Shown: positions 17,438 to 27,304, numbered from the stretch's first letter. The stretch is 64,000 nucleotides of DNA from Flavobacterium sp. (GCA_018883065.1 VEQT01000006.1:1581-65580), one strand, 5' to 3'. Numbers and translations are program-made. Notes: generated from the sequence alone by a model not told the origin.

Positions 17438-17827
17438 TTAGCGTAAAACCTCTATTGTTACTTGACTAAACTCACCTTGAGTGAGGCCAGCTTTGATGTA
17501 GGCAAATAAATTGGTTTGATCTATTTCGCAGTATTTTAAATCGACTTTGGGGTTGTCTATATTTAATATTTTAATGTGCTTTTTATCTTCATTAGATAGA
17601 AAAGTTATCAGTATAACACGAGGATATTTAGGAAGTTTAAGTTTAAATTTCTCTATATCACTCGAAAGTTTATCAACTGTTTTTTGATTTGTTTGGGCGA
17701 GTTTTTGGTGTTTTAATTCGTTTTCTGGATTAAGTTCTTGAGTAAAGGATTCCATTTTTAGCTGATTGCTAAAATAAGTGGCGGTGATTCGTAATGTAAT
17801 TCTGATTTCAGAAACAAGTTTTGGCAT
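17438..17827 (-). CDS. Orphan hypothetical protein
   Basis: 129-aa AT-rich ORF (alternative start 17755) ending at a terminator; no motif recognised. Confidence 0.5.
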   Translation of the reverse strand: MPKLVSEIRITLRITATYFSNQLKMESFTQELNPENELKHQKLAQTNQKTVDKLSSDIEKFKLKLPKYPRVILITFLSNEDKKHIKILNIDNPKVDLKYCEIDQTNLFAYIKAGLTQGEFSQVTIEVLR

Positions 17828-17971
17828 AGTATAAAGAGTTAATGGGTTACAAAAGAAAGAATGAAAAAGAACGCAAAAACCCGAAGGCTTACTTTAACGA
17901 ATACTGTTGCTGTTTTGTTACACTTTTTTGAAATTAATTATTTTTTAAACAACTGACAACCGACAACAAAT

Positions 17972-18003
17972 AAAAAAGCCCATTCAAATTGAATGGGCTT
18001 TTT
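17972..18003 (-). terminator. Terminator of rplU-rpmA
   Basis: AAAAAAGCCCATTC-AAATT-GAATGGGCTTTTT. Confidence 0.85.
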
Positions 18004-18021
18004 GAGAAATTGTACTGAATC

Positions 18022-18282
18022 TTATGCTTCGAAAGCTTCTACAGAAACATAGGATTTGTTGTCTTTTTTCTTTTGGAACTTCACAACTCCGTCTACTTTA
18101 GCGTGTAATGTGTGATCTTTACTGATGTACACATTTTCGCCTGGATTGTGTTTAGAACCTCTTTGTCTTACGATGATGTTCCCTGCAATAGCAGCTTGAC
18201 CACCAAAAATCTTTACGCCTAAACGTTTCGATTCTGATTCTCTACCATTCTTGGAACTACCGACACCTTTCTTGTGAGCCAT
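18022..18282 (-). CDS. rpmA: 50S ribosomal protein L27
   Basis: [24 protein letters not shown]. Confidence 0.99.
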   Translation of the reverse strand: MAHKKGVGSSKNGRESESKRLGVKIFGGQAAIAGNIIVRQRGSKHNPGENVYISKDHTLHAKVDGVVKFQKKKDNKSYVSVEAFEA

Positions 18283-18305
18283 GACGTATTCGTTTTATAT
18301 TGTTA

Positions 18306-18731
18306 TTATTCTTGTGTATCTTCTTTTTTAGCTTTTGGCGCTTTTTTTACTTTTGGCGCTTCTGCTTCTTCAGCTACTGCTTCAACTACTGCTTTTTTAG
18401 GGGCTGCTTTTTTAGCACCTGAGGCAATAATTCCTTCAATTTGAATTTGAGTAAGGTACTGTCTGTGACCATTTCTCTTTTTGAATCCTTTTCTTCTTTT
18501 CTTTTTGAAAACGATTACTTTGTCTCCTTTTAAGTGTTGTAACACTTTGGCTTCTACAGAAGCACCTTCTATAGCTGGGGCGCCTAAAGTAATGTTTCCG
18601 TTATCGTCTAATAAAAGAACTTTGTCAAAAGAAACTTTTGAACCTTCTTCATTAGCCAAACGGTGAACATAAACCTTTAAGTCTTTGCTTACTTTAAATT
18701 GTTGCCCTGCTATCTCTACGATTGCGTACAT
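18306..18731 (-). CDS. rplU: 50S ribosomal protein L21 with an Ala/Lys-rich tail
   Basis: MYAIVEIAGQQFKV, FKKKRRKG...GHRQ. Confidence 0.99.
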   Translation of the reverse strand: MYAIVEIAGQQFKVSKDLKVYVHRLANEEGSKVSFDKVLLLDDNGNITLGAPAIEGASVEAKVLQHLKGDKVIVFKKKRRKGFKKRNGHRQYLTQIQIEGIIASGAKKAAPKKAVVEAVAEEAEAPKVKKAPKAKKEDTQE

Positions 18732-18961
18732 AACAATGATGTTTAGTTAATTATAAAATGGACGCAAATATACAACTTAATCTCAATCACACAACCTAAG
18801 GTTAAAAAAAGTTCATTTGATTGCTGCTAGCCATTATCAGATTGTATAAAATCGATGATAAGGAACTTGAAAGTACACTAAATACCGTATTTTTGAAGCA
18901 CAAACTACGTGCAAGAAGTGCGTATGTATTTATTTCAACAGCAACTTATTTAGTAATTTTT

Positions 18962-20287
18962 ATGAAAAAATACCTTATGACGTTAAGTGCATCACTACTT
19001 GTGGGATCAGCCGCTACGGCACAAAAAGTAGTCTTTGAAGAACTTACCCTCGACAATGGATTACATGTAATTTTACACCAAGACAAATCAGCACCTGTGG
19101 TGATCACCTCGGTGATGTATCACGTGGGCGCCAAAGACGAAATGCCCGATCGCACCGGATTTGCTCACTTTTTTGAGCATTTATTATTTGAGGGCACGCA
19201 AAACATTGGCCGCGGCGAATGGATGAAAATTGTAACCGGTAATGGCGGCGTAAACAATGCCAATACCTCTGACGACCGTACCTATTATTACGAAGTGTTT
19301 CCGTCAAACAGCTTGGAATTGGGATTGTGGATGGAGGCCGAACGTATGCTTCATCCGGTAATTAATCAAGTGGGAGTAGACACCCAAAACGAAGTCGTAA
19401 AAGAAGAAAAACGCTTGCGCATGGACAACCAACCCTACGGTTGTGTGATTCGGGAAGTGAAGAAAAATTTGTTTAAAAACCATCCTTACCGTTGGGAAAC
19501 CATTGGGTCTATGGAACACTTAGATGCCGCAACCCTTGAAGAGTTTCAGGCGTTTAATAAAAAATTCTACGTGCCCAACAACGCTGTTTTAGTAGTAGCA
19601 GGAAATTATGATAAGGCACAAACGCTTGAATGGATTCAAAAGTATTTTGCGTCAATTCCAAAGGGCGCACCGCTAAGCAAACAACAATTTGACGAAGAAC
19701 CCATTACACAAACCATTGAGGCCAGCTATGAAGACCCCAACATTCAGATTCCCATGTTGCTCAATGCCTACCGCACTCCATCTATGAAAACCAGAGAAGC
19801 GCGCGTGTTGGAAATGATCTCGGGCTTATTGAGCGATGGAAAAAGTTCGCGCTTGTACAAAAAATTAGTCGACGACAAAAAAATGGCCTTACAAATTGGT
19901 GCATTCAGTTTCAGCCAAGAAGATCACGGCATGTATGTGGTTTACGGTTTGCCATTGGCTCCATTTACGATTAAAGACTTACAAACAGAATTTGATGCCG
20001 AAATTGCGCGATTGCAAAATGAATTGATTTCGCCCAAAGAATTAGAAAAACTAAAAAACAAAATTGAAAACCAGTATGTAAATAATAACGCCTCTGTTGA
20101 GGGAATTGCCGAAAGTTTGGCGTCTTATTATTTATTGTATGGCGATGTAAATCTCATCAATACCGACATTGAAACCTACCGTTCGGTTACCCGAGAAGAA
20201 ATTCAAGCGGTAGCCAAAAAATACTTGGGTAATAACCAACGTCTGCTGTTATCCTATCTTCCAACCCAAGAAAAACCGCAAAATTAA
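18962..20287 (+). CDS. M16 (pitrilysin) zinc peptidase, catalytic subunit
   Basis: Signal peptide, GFAHFFEHLLF (HxxEH), NANTS.DRT.Y; start ATG 18962. Confidence 0.92.
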   Translation: MKKYLMTLSASLLVGSAATAQKVVFEELTLDNGLHVILHQDKSAPVVITSVMYHVGAKDEMPDRTGFAHFFEHLLFEGTQNIGRGEWMKIVTGNGGVNNANTSDDRTYYYEVFPSNSLELGLWMEAERMLHPVINQVGVDTQNEVVKEEKRLRMDNQPYGCVIREVKKNLFKNHPYRWETIGSMEHLDAATLEEFQAFNKKFYVPNNAVLVVAGNYDKAQTLEWIQKYFASIPKGAPLSKQQFDEEPITQTIEASYEDPNIQIPMLLNAYRTPSMKTREARVLEMISGLLSDGKSSRLYKKLVDDKKMALQIGAFSFSQEDHGMYVVYGLPLAPFTIKDLQTEFDAEIARLQNELISPKELEKLKNKIENQYVNNNASVEGIAESLASYYLLYGDVNLINTDIETYRSVTREEIQAVAKKYLGNNQRLLLSYLPTQEKPQN

Positions 20288-20293
20288 TTGGCC

Positions 20294-22336
20294 ATGAAAA
20301 AAATAATATTCCTTATTTCTTGCTTGTTTATCACATTACTTATGACTGCACAAAACAGGACTCAACCCAAACCAGGCCCTTCGCCCACAGTAAATATTGG
20401 CAAACCAAAATCATTTGAATTGCCAAACGGCCTCAAAGTTTTGGTGGTTGAAAACCACAAATTACCGCGCGTGTCTTTTACACTTACTTTAGACAATATG
20501 CCTTATGTAGAAGGAGCCAAAAAAGGCGTTTCCAATTTAACTTCGAGTATGATTGGAAACGGTACAACAAAAATTACCAAAGAAGCCTTTAACGAAGAAA
20601 TTGACTTTTTGGGCGCAGATATTTCATTTTACAACAGCGGCGCTTCGGGATCAGGCTTGTCCAAGTATGCAGGACGTATATTGGAACTGCTAGCCGATGG
20701 TGCTTTACATCCCAATTTTACACAAGCCGATTTTGAAAAAGAGAAAAGCAAATTACTTGAAAGTTTAAAAGCCGATGAGAAAAGTGTGCCGGCTGTAGCG
20801 CGTAGAGTCGAAAATATTTTGGGATTTGGACCGGCTCACCCCTCTGGCGAATACATAAACGAGACCAGCATCAATCAAGTCACTTTAGACGATGTGATTG
20901 CCAATTACAACACCTATTTTGTACCTGAAAATGCATACTTAATTATTATTGGCGATATACAATTGGCCAAAGTTAAAAAACAGGTAGAAAAATTATTTGG
21001 TGGATGGCCTAAAGCCGCTGCTCCAAAAATTCCCTTCACTGAACCAACCGATGTGACACAAACACAAATCAATTTTATTGACATGCCTAATGCGGTGCAA
21101 TCAGAGATTTCAGTAATGAACGTCACCAATTTAAAAATGTCTGATCCCGATTATTTTGCCGCCATTGTGGCCAACCAAGTAGTGGGTGGCGACTTCAACA
21201 GCTACCTCAACATGAACTTGCGCGAAAAACACGGATGGACTTATGGAGCAGGTTCATCGATTAATGCAAGTAAATATACCTCGCGTTTCAGTACGTTTGC
21301 CCAAGTGCGCAACGCAGTAACTGACAGCGCCGTAGTTGAAGTACTGAAAGAGCTAAAACGCATTCGCACCGAAAAAGTGGCCGAAGACGTTCTTCAAAAT
21401 GTAAAAGCAGGCTACGTAGGACGTTTTGTGATGCAAATCGAAAAACCACAAACGGTGGCTTCGTATGCCTTGCGTTTGCGTACACAAAATTTACCCGAAA
21501 ATTTCTACGAAAACTTCATTAAAAACATCAATGCGGTTACATCCGATGATGTGTTGCGTGTGGCCTATACGTATTTTAAAACCGATCAGTTGCGAATAGT
21601 GGTAACTGGAAAAGGCAGCGAAGTAGCCTCTAAATTGGCTGAATTGAATTTGCCTATCTTTTATTTTGACAAATTTGGAAATCCCATTACCGAGAAAAAA
21701 GATGCGCCTACACTTCCCGCTGGACTTACCGCTTCGGCGGTGATTTCAAATTACTTGAATGCAATTGGTGGCGAAAAAGCAGCCCGAAATGTGCAAACCG
21801 TTATCAGCACGGCTACTGGATTGGTACAGGGTTTTCCGGTAGAATTAACCACAAAAACTTCGGCATCGCATCAGCAAGTGAGAGAAATCAAAGCCATGGG
21901 AATGACCATGTTGAAGCAAGTGGTGAATGATAAAAGCACCTATGTACTGCAACAAGGTCAAAAAGTACCGTTGTCGACTACCGAAATTGCTGCGCTCAAA
22001 GCCGCTGCTGTTCCCTTTGAAGAATTGGATTTGTTAAACAAAAAAACAATTTCACTTAAAGGTATTGAAGCATTTAATGAAACCGATTGCTATGTTGTGC
22101 AAGACGGAATAAATTCGTTTTATTTTGCTTGTAATTCAGGTTTAAAATTAGGCGAATCTAAATCAGTTGAAACCAAAGAAGGTACGCTAACCGAAACCAC
22201 TTCATTTGGTGATTACAAAGCGGTGAACGGGATTTTGTTTCCACACAAAACTACACTCAACATCGGAATGGAAATCGAGTTGACAACCACTGACATCAAA
22301 CTCAATGCAGCTATACCAGCTTCAGATTTTGAATAA
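20294..22336 (+). CDS. M16 peptidase-like non-catalytic subunit with C-terminal extension
   Basis: M16 fold motifs (LNMNLREKHGWTYGA), no HxxEH, signal peptide. Confidence 0.88.
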   Translation: MKKIIFLISCLFITLLMTAQNRTQPKPGPSPTVNIGKPKSFELPNGLKVLVVENHKLPRVSFTLTLDNMPYVEGAKKGVSNLTSSMIGNGTTKITKEAFNEEIDFLGADISFYNSGASGSGLSKYAGRILELLADGALHPNFTQADFEKEKSKLLESLKADEKSVPAVARRVENILGFGPAHPSGEYINETSINQVTLDDVIANYNTYFVPENAYLIIIGDIQLAKVKKQVEKLFGGWPKAAAPKIPFTEPTDVTQTQINFIDMPNAVQSEISVMNVTNLKMSDPDYFAAIVANQVVGGDFNSYLNMNLREKHGWTYGAGSSINASKYTSRFSTFAQVRNAVTDSAVVEVLKELKRIRTEKVAEDVLQNVKAGYVGRFVMQIEKPQTVASYALRLRTQNLPENFYENFIKNINAVTSDDVLRVAYTYFKTDQLRIVVTGKGSEVASKLAELNLPIFYFDKFGNPITEKKDAPTLPAGLTASAVISNYLNAIGGEKAARNVQTVISTATGLVQGFPVELTTKTSASHQQVREIKAMGMTMLKQVVNDKSTYVLQQGQKVPLSTTEIAALKAAAVPFEELDLLNKKTISLKGIEAFNETDCYVVQDGINSFYFACNSGLKLGESKSVETKEGTLTETTSFGDYKAVNGILFPHKTTLNIGMEIELTTTDIKLNAAIPASDFE

Positions 22337-22359
22337 AATTAGCTGGAAAACTAACACTG

Positions 22360-22388
22360 GTCGGATCACTAATCCGGCCTTTTTTTTA
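22360..22388 (+). terminator. Intrinsic terminator
   Basis: GGTCGGAT-CACTA-ATCCGGCC-T8. Confidence 0.75.
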
Positions 22389-22474
22389 CCCTATTCACAT
22401 TAAAATTTTGTGTCAATTTTATGAAGTGTACCAATCTAATTTATTTACTTTTGTTTCATTAAAAAATAGTTCAA

Positions 22475-22831
22475 ATGAAAATATCGTCTACAATACTGTT
22501 TGTTACACTCATCGGATTAACCGTTATGGCTTGCAAACAATCGAACAGTGATACGCCAAAAGCAGCTGCCAAACCAGTTGCCACCAAAGAAATAGCGTCA
22601 GCCAATCTAGATTCAACTCGTTTTCATATTGAAGGAATGACATGTGCAGTGGGCTGTGCCAAAACAATTGAAACCAAATTGAATGAAACGCCTGGCGTAC
22701 AAAAAGCTACTGTAAATTTTGACAAAAAAGAGGCAGTAGTTGCATTTGACAAAACACAACACTCTAAAAAATCGTTGACACAATTAGTAGAATCTTGTGC
22801 CGATGGTACTACTTACAAAGTGATAGATTAA
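22475..22831 (+). CDS. Heavy-metal-associated (HMA) domain lipoprotein
   Basis: Lipobox VMA-C; IEGMTCAVGCAKTIE. Confidence 0.88.
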   Translation: MKISSTILFVTLIGLTVMACKQSNSDTPKAAAKPVATKEIASANLDSTRFHIEGMTCAVGCAKTIETKLNETPGVQKATVNFDKKEAVVAFDKTQHSKKSLTQLVESCADGTTYKVID

Positions 22832-22832
22832 G

Positions 22833-23387
22833 TTATTTCCACCGCAAACTTTCCATTAGTCGGCGCATGTCATTTTTAACATAGTCTGCGGCTGGCATTA
22901 CCGAGTCAAAGTTGGGTTTGGCATAAAAATAAACCGAACAATCCATAAAATGTTTGGTGCTGTCGGTTACATAAAATTGCGCATTAGTTGCCGCATTTCC
23001 ATTTACCTGATAAAACATTCCAAACACCCTGTGATCCTTATTGATAAAAGGCTGCTCTAAAATGTCATCGGCTTTAATCACGTGTTCATAGGTTAGTTTT
23101 TGGGCGTCGCGCAACAATACATTGATGTTGTTTTGAACGGGCTTATAGCTCATGTAAATTGTGGCCTTCATTTTGGGATAATTTATGGTAAAACCACAAT
23201 CCGATTTGGCCTTGATAACTGCATCTTGATTGATGTCAAAAGTAGCAGGACAACTCCCTTTAAACTGAATATAAGTAGCTTCTGGATAATCCAAGCGCAA
23301 CTGGCTATTGGGTTTGGGTAAGATCTCTTTCTTGCAACCCAAGCAAAACATAGCAAGTACCAAAAAATAGATGAGTTTGTGCAACAT
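22833..23387 (-). CDS. gldD: Gliding motility lipoprotein GldD
   Basis: Lipobox LG-C; PKPNSQLRLDYP, H..KAD.I, GNAATN.QFY.TDS..HF, PN.DS..PA. Confidence 0.93.
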   Translation of the reverse strand: MLHKLIYFLVLAMFCLGCKKEILPKPNSQLRLDYPEATYIQFKGSCPATFDINQDAVIKAKSDCGFTINYPKMKATIYMSYKPVQNNINVLLRDAQKLTYEHVIKADDILEQPFINKDHRVFGMFYQVNGNAATNAQFYVTDSTKHFMDCSVYFYAKPNFDSVMPAADYVKNDMRRLMESLRWK

Positions 23388-23416
23388 AAAAAGAAAGGCT
23401 AGCAATTTACTAGCCT
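23388..23416 (-). terminator. Terminator-like hairpin between ssb and gldD
   Basis: Minus strand AGGCTAG-TAAATTG-CTAGCCT-TTCTTTTT directly before the gldD ATG. Confidence 0.6.
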
Positions 23417-23430
23417 ATAGGGTATTGTAT

Positions 23431-23856
23431 TTAAAAAGGTAAATCATTTTCGGGCATCATGGAAGTTGGGGCATCGTAAGTAGGTTTGCTCTCATTTCCG
23501 CGATTGGATTCAATTTCTTTTTTCACTGATAAAAAGGTGAATTCTGTAACTTGAATCTCTGTAGTATATTTAGTGACCCCGTCTTCCGTTTGCCATTGAC
23601 GCGATTTGATACGGCCCTCTACATATATTTTATCGCCTTTGGTTAGGTATTTTTCACAAATCTCAGCTGCTTTATTTCGTACTACTAAATTGTGCCATTC
23701 GGTCGACGTGATTTTTTCGTTTGTCGATTTGTTGATATAGGTTTCATTCGTAGCCAACGGAAATCTACCGATACAATTTCCCCCATCAAAATAGTGCATT
23801 TTTACATCTTCACCTAAGTGACCAATTAACATAACTTTATTTAAGGTACCGCTCAT
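23431..23856 (-). CDS. ssb: Single-stranded DNA-binding protein
   Basis: LNKVMLIGHLG, TEWHNLV, VEGRI..RQW, NDLPF tail. Confidence 0.97.
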   Translation of the reverse strand: MSGTLNKVMLIGHLGEDVKMHYFDGGNCIGRFPLATNETYINKSTNEKITSTEWHNLVVRNKAAEICEKYLTKGDKIYVEGRIKSRQWQTEDGVTKYTTEIQVTEFTFLSVKKEIESNRGNESKPTYDAPTSMMPENDLPF

Positions 23857-23894
23857 TTTAGTTGGATTTGAAGTTCAGCCAAATGTACTAAAAT

Positions 23895-24941
23895 TTATAA
23901 CTCATGCCAATCGTTGGCTATAAAATTATACAGCACAATTGGAAACGGATGCGCTCGAATTTTCTCGTAATTAAGACCATCCGTAAGCAGTCCATTTACT
24001 TCGATTTTCCAAAATTTGATCACTAATCGCCGGTGCGATAAAAGATGTGTAATCGCAACTGGGTTGAGCTCACTAACTTTTTGAATGGGATGTTTGGACC
24101 ATGCAGAAGTAGACAAAACGGCAATCAATTCATCGATTGCCAAAGTATGTGTCGATTCGATACAGGGAAACTCATATAAATTTTGCCAAATTCCCTTGCC
24201 AATTCTTTTCTGAATAATGGAATGCTTTAAAACATCTTGAAACACCAAATAATTTAAATGCCGTTCAGTTACTTTGTTTTTTTTGGATTTGTAAGGCAGA
24301 CTAGAAACTTTGTTTTGTGCCAACGCATAACAACTATTTTGAAAAACACAGGCAACACAATTGGGACTCTTTGGCACACATTGCAAAGCACCAAATTCCA
24401 TGAGCGCCTGATTGAATAATGCGGGTTCATTTTGTGGCATTAATTCGGCAGCTAAAGCAGAAAATTCTTTTTTTGCTGAAGCCATAGCAATATCTGTTGA
24501 CACACCCAAGAATCTTGCCAACACGCGAAAAACATTGCCATCAACAACTGGAACAGCTTCATTGAAACAAAAAGAAGCTACAGCCGCAGCAGTATAAGTT
24601 CCGATGCCTTTTATCTGTAGTAAATCCTGGTAGTTATTAGGAAATTCTCCGTTTAATTCTGTAGATATATGTTGAGCAGCTTGATGCAAATTTCGTGCAC
24701 GGGAATAGTAACCCAGGCCTTGCCAAAGCTTCAAGACGTCTTGTTCAGCAGCTTGAGCCAAATCATGAACAGTAGGAAAAGCAGCAACAAATGCTTGATA
24801 ATACGGCAATCCTTGCGCAACGCGTGTTTGCTGTAAGATAATCTCTGATAACCAAACGCAGTAAGGATCCTTCGTGTTTCTCCACGGCAGATCCCGTTTT
24901 TTTTGTAAATACCACTTAATGAGCGTGTTACTAAATTCCAT
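23895..24941 (-). CDS. mutY: A/G-specific adenine glycosylase
   Basis: RDLPWR, SEIILQQT, WQGLGYYSRARNL, VDGNV, C-x6-C-x2-C-x5-C cluster. Confidence 0.97.
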   Translation of the reverse strand: MEFSNTLIKWYLQKKRDLPWRNTKDPYCVWLSEIILQQTRVAQGLPYYQAFVAAFPTVHDLAQAAEQDVLKLWQGLGYYSRARNLHQAAQHISTELNGEFPNNYQDLLQIKGIGTYTAAAVASFCFNEAVPVVDGNVFRVLARFLGVSTDIAMASAKKEFSALAAELMPQNEPALFNQALMEFGALQCVPKSPNCVACVFQNSCYALAQNKVSSLPYKSKKNKVTERHLNYLVFQDVLKHSIIQKRIGKGIWQNLYEFPCIESTHTLAIDELIAVLSTSAWSKHPIQKVSELNPVAITHLLSHRRLVIKFWKIEVNGLLTDGLNYEKIRAHPFPIVLYNFIANDWHEL

Positions 24942-25073
24942 GTTAAATTTTGGAAAACAAAAGTATATCTTTATGTAATTAAATTTTAATGAATTAGGTT
25001 GATAATTTGTTTTTTAAATTCATATATTTGCAACCTCAAAAAAATAATTATCTATTTTAAAATACGAAAGAAA

Positions 25074-25364
25074 ATGACGAAAGCCGATATCGTAGCAAAA
25101 ATTTCTGAAAAATTAGGCCTTGAAAAAGGAGATGTTCAAGCCACAGTAGAATCATTTATGGAAGAAGTGAAAACTTCATTAGAAACTGGAGACAATGTAT
25201 ACTTGAGAGGTTTTGGAAGTTTCATCATCAAAACCAGAGCTGAAAAAACAGGGAGAAATATCTCTAAAAACACAACAATTAAAATCCCAGCTCATAACAT
25301 TCCCGCTTTCAAACCAGCAAAAGTATTTGTAGAAGGAGTGAAAACGAACAACGAAGCAAAATAA
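25074..25364 (+). CDS. HU family DNA-binding protein
   Basis: MTKADIV, LRGFGSF, GRNISKN..I.IPA...PAFKP. Confidence 0.95.
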   Translation: MTKADIVAKISEKLGLEKGDVQATVESFMEEVKTSLETGDNVYLRGFGSFIIKTRAEKTGRNISKNTTIKIPAHNIPAFKPAKVFVEGVKTNNEAK

Positions 25365-25395
25365 CATAGTATTAATCATAAAAAAATCACCAACT

Positions 25396-25488
25396 ATGCC
25401 AAGTGGTAAAAAAAGAAAAAGACATAAGGTAGCGACGCACAAACGTAAAAAAAGAGCGAGAGCTAACCGTCACAAGAAGAAAAAGTAG
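25396..25488 (+). CDS. 30S ribosomal protein bS22 (AURKAIP1/COX24/mS38-like), absent from the ORF track
   Basis: ATGCCAAGT...AAGTAG encodes MPSGKKRKRHKVATHKRKKRARANRHKKKK (30 aa), followed by a terminator. Confidence 0.88.
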   Translation: MPSGKKRKRHKVATHKRKKRARANRHKKKK

Positions 25489-25512
25489 TCTAAAACTACT
25501 TTTTCTTTTTTT
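25477..25512 (+). terminator. Terminator overlapping the bS22 stop codon
   Basis: AAGAAAAAGTAGT-CTAAA-ACTACTTTTTCTT-T-tract. Confidence 0.8.
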
Positions 25513-25759
25513 TAAACGTTCATTGAAATCGGATCGAAATCCAGTAAATTTCAAATCAAAAATCCAAATCCCAAACCTTATTATTGGAAATTGGAATTTC
25601 TAAATTGAAATTTGATTTCATCCATCGGGTACACAACCTGTTAAATTATTACTTAATCCATCCTTACTTCACTTTACTGGTTAGTGAATGTGTTTTGGTC
25701 TTACTGAAGCACTGCACTCCAAAACCTGTAAAGCACACGTTTGGAAAAAAATATACAGC

Positions 25760-27304
25760 GTGAATAAAGAATTAATCATCCGATCTAGTTCAGATGCCGT
25801 AGATTTTGCCTTATTAAAAGATGGAAAACTAATTGAATTACACAAAGAAGAAGAAAAAAGCAACTTTCAGGTAGGTGATATTTTTATTGCCAAAATCAGA
25901 AAACCTGTTGCTGGACTTAATGCTGCATTTGTAAATGTGGGCTTCGAAAAAGACGCCTTTTTACATTACCACGATTTAGGTCCAAATCTGGCTTCACAAC
26001 TGAAATTCATCAAACTTGTAAACGCAGGTAAATTAAAAGATTTCTCGCTCAAGACATTTCAATTTGAGAAAGAAATAGACAAAGACGGAACCATAGCCGA
26101 GGTGCTCACGAGCAACCAATCGGTTTTGGTACAAGTGGTGAAAGAACCCATATCGACCAAGGGTCCTCGACTTAGCGCAGAACTTTCTCTCGCCGGACGA
26201 TTCATTGTATTGGTTCCCTTTTCAGACCGCGTATCTGTTTCGCAAAAAATTGAAGAAAAAAGCGAAAAAGACCGACTTAAAAAATTAGTTCAATCTATCA
26301 AACCGAAAGGTTTTGGCGTTATTGTTCGCACAGTAGCCGAAGGCAAAAACACCGCCGAATTAGAAAAAGATTTGCAGAACCTGCTAGGCAGATGGACTGC
26401 AATGTGTAAAAAATTACCAACCGCTCCTCATCCATCCAAAGTATTGGGCGAGCTCAACAGAGCTTCCTCCATCTTGCGTGATGTATTTAATGATACCTTT
26501 AGTGGTATTCATATTGATGACGAAACGTTGTATCAGGAAACCAAGGATTACGTGCAAGAAATTGCACCATCCAAACAATCAATTGTTAAGTTTTATCAAT
26601 CGAAAAGCACGCCCATTTTCGAAAAATACCACATCGAGAGACAAATCAAAACTTCCTTTGGAAAAACCGTTTCCATGACAAAGGGAGCTTATTTGATCAT
26701 CGAACACACCGAGGCCTTACACGTCATTGATGTAAACAGCGGTAACCGATCAAATAAAGCCACCAATCAAGAAGACACGGCCATGGAAGTAAACATGATT
26801 GCGGCTGCCGAAATCGCTAGACAACTGCGTTTAAGGGATATGGGCGGAATCATTGTTGTTGATTTTATTGACATGCAAAATCCGGATAACCGAAAAGTGC
26901 TCTTTGACTTCCTTCGAGAAGAAATGGAAGACGATAAAGCAAAGCACAAAATTTTACCTCCGAGCAAATTCGGATTGGTACAAATTACCAGACAACGCGT
27001 ACGACCAGAAGTAAATATCGAAACACGTGAGGAAGATCCCAACAGCGGGAAAGGCGAAATTGAAGCCCCAATCTTAATCATTGATCGCATTGCTTCAGAT
27101 GTTGAACGACTGGCGAAGTCACAACAAAAAATTGTACTGAATGTACATCCGTTTGTTGCCGCCTATCTTAAAAAAGGATTTCCATCCCTGCGTTCAAAAT
27201 GGTTTTTTGAACATAAAAAATGGGTGAAGATAATACCCCGAGATGCTTACACTTATTTAGAATATCATTTCTATGATCAACAGGGTAAGAAGATCAAAGA
27301 CTAA
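25760..27304 (+). CDS. Ribonuclease E/G family
   Basis: GTG start; S1 domain (NAAFVNVG..KDAFLH), IDVNSG, QLRLRDMGGIIVVDFIDM. Confidence 0.95.
   Translation: MNKELIIRSSSDAVDFALLKDGKLIELHKEEEKSNFQVGDIFIAKIRKPVAGLNAAFVNVGFEKDAFLHYHDLGPNLASQLKFIKLVNAGKLKDFSLKTFQFEKEIDKDGTIAEVLTSNQSVLVQVVKEPISTKGPRLSAELSLAGRFIVLVPFSDRVSVSQKIEEKSEKDRLKKLVQSIKPKGFGVIVRTVAEGKNTAELEKDLQNLLGRWTAMCKKLPTAPHPSKVLGELNRASSILRDVFNDTFSGIHIDDETLYQETKDYVQEIAPSKQSIVKFYQSKSTPIFEKYHIERQIKTSFGKTVSMTKGAYLIIEHTEALHVIDVNSGNRSNKATNQEDTAMEVNMIAAAEIARQLRLRDMGGIIVVDFIDMQNPDNRKVLFDFLREEMEDDKAKHKILPPSKFGLVQITRQRVRPEVNIETREEDPNSGKGEIEAPILIIDRIASDVERLAKSQQKIVLNVHPFVAAYLKKGFPSLRSKWFFEHKKWVKIIPRDAYTYLEYHFYDQQGKKIKD

Noticed and set aside
17940-17970. 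CAACTGACAACCGACAAC microrepeat as a separate element
   Set aside because: Too short; similar in style to the other low-complexity modules but not independently supportable
18821-18961. Long N-terminal extensions given by the ORF track (M16, rne, HU, terB, tadA, GNAT, MFS and others)
   Set aside because: They run through promoter or UTR sequence; downstream starts give canonical N-termini or signal peptides
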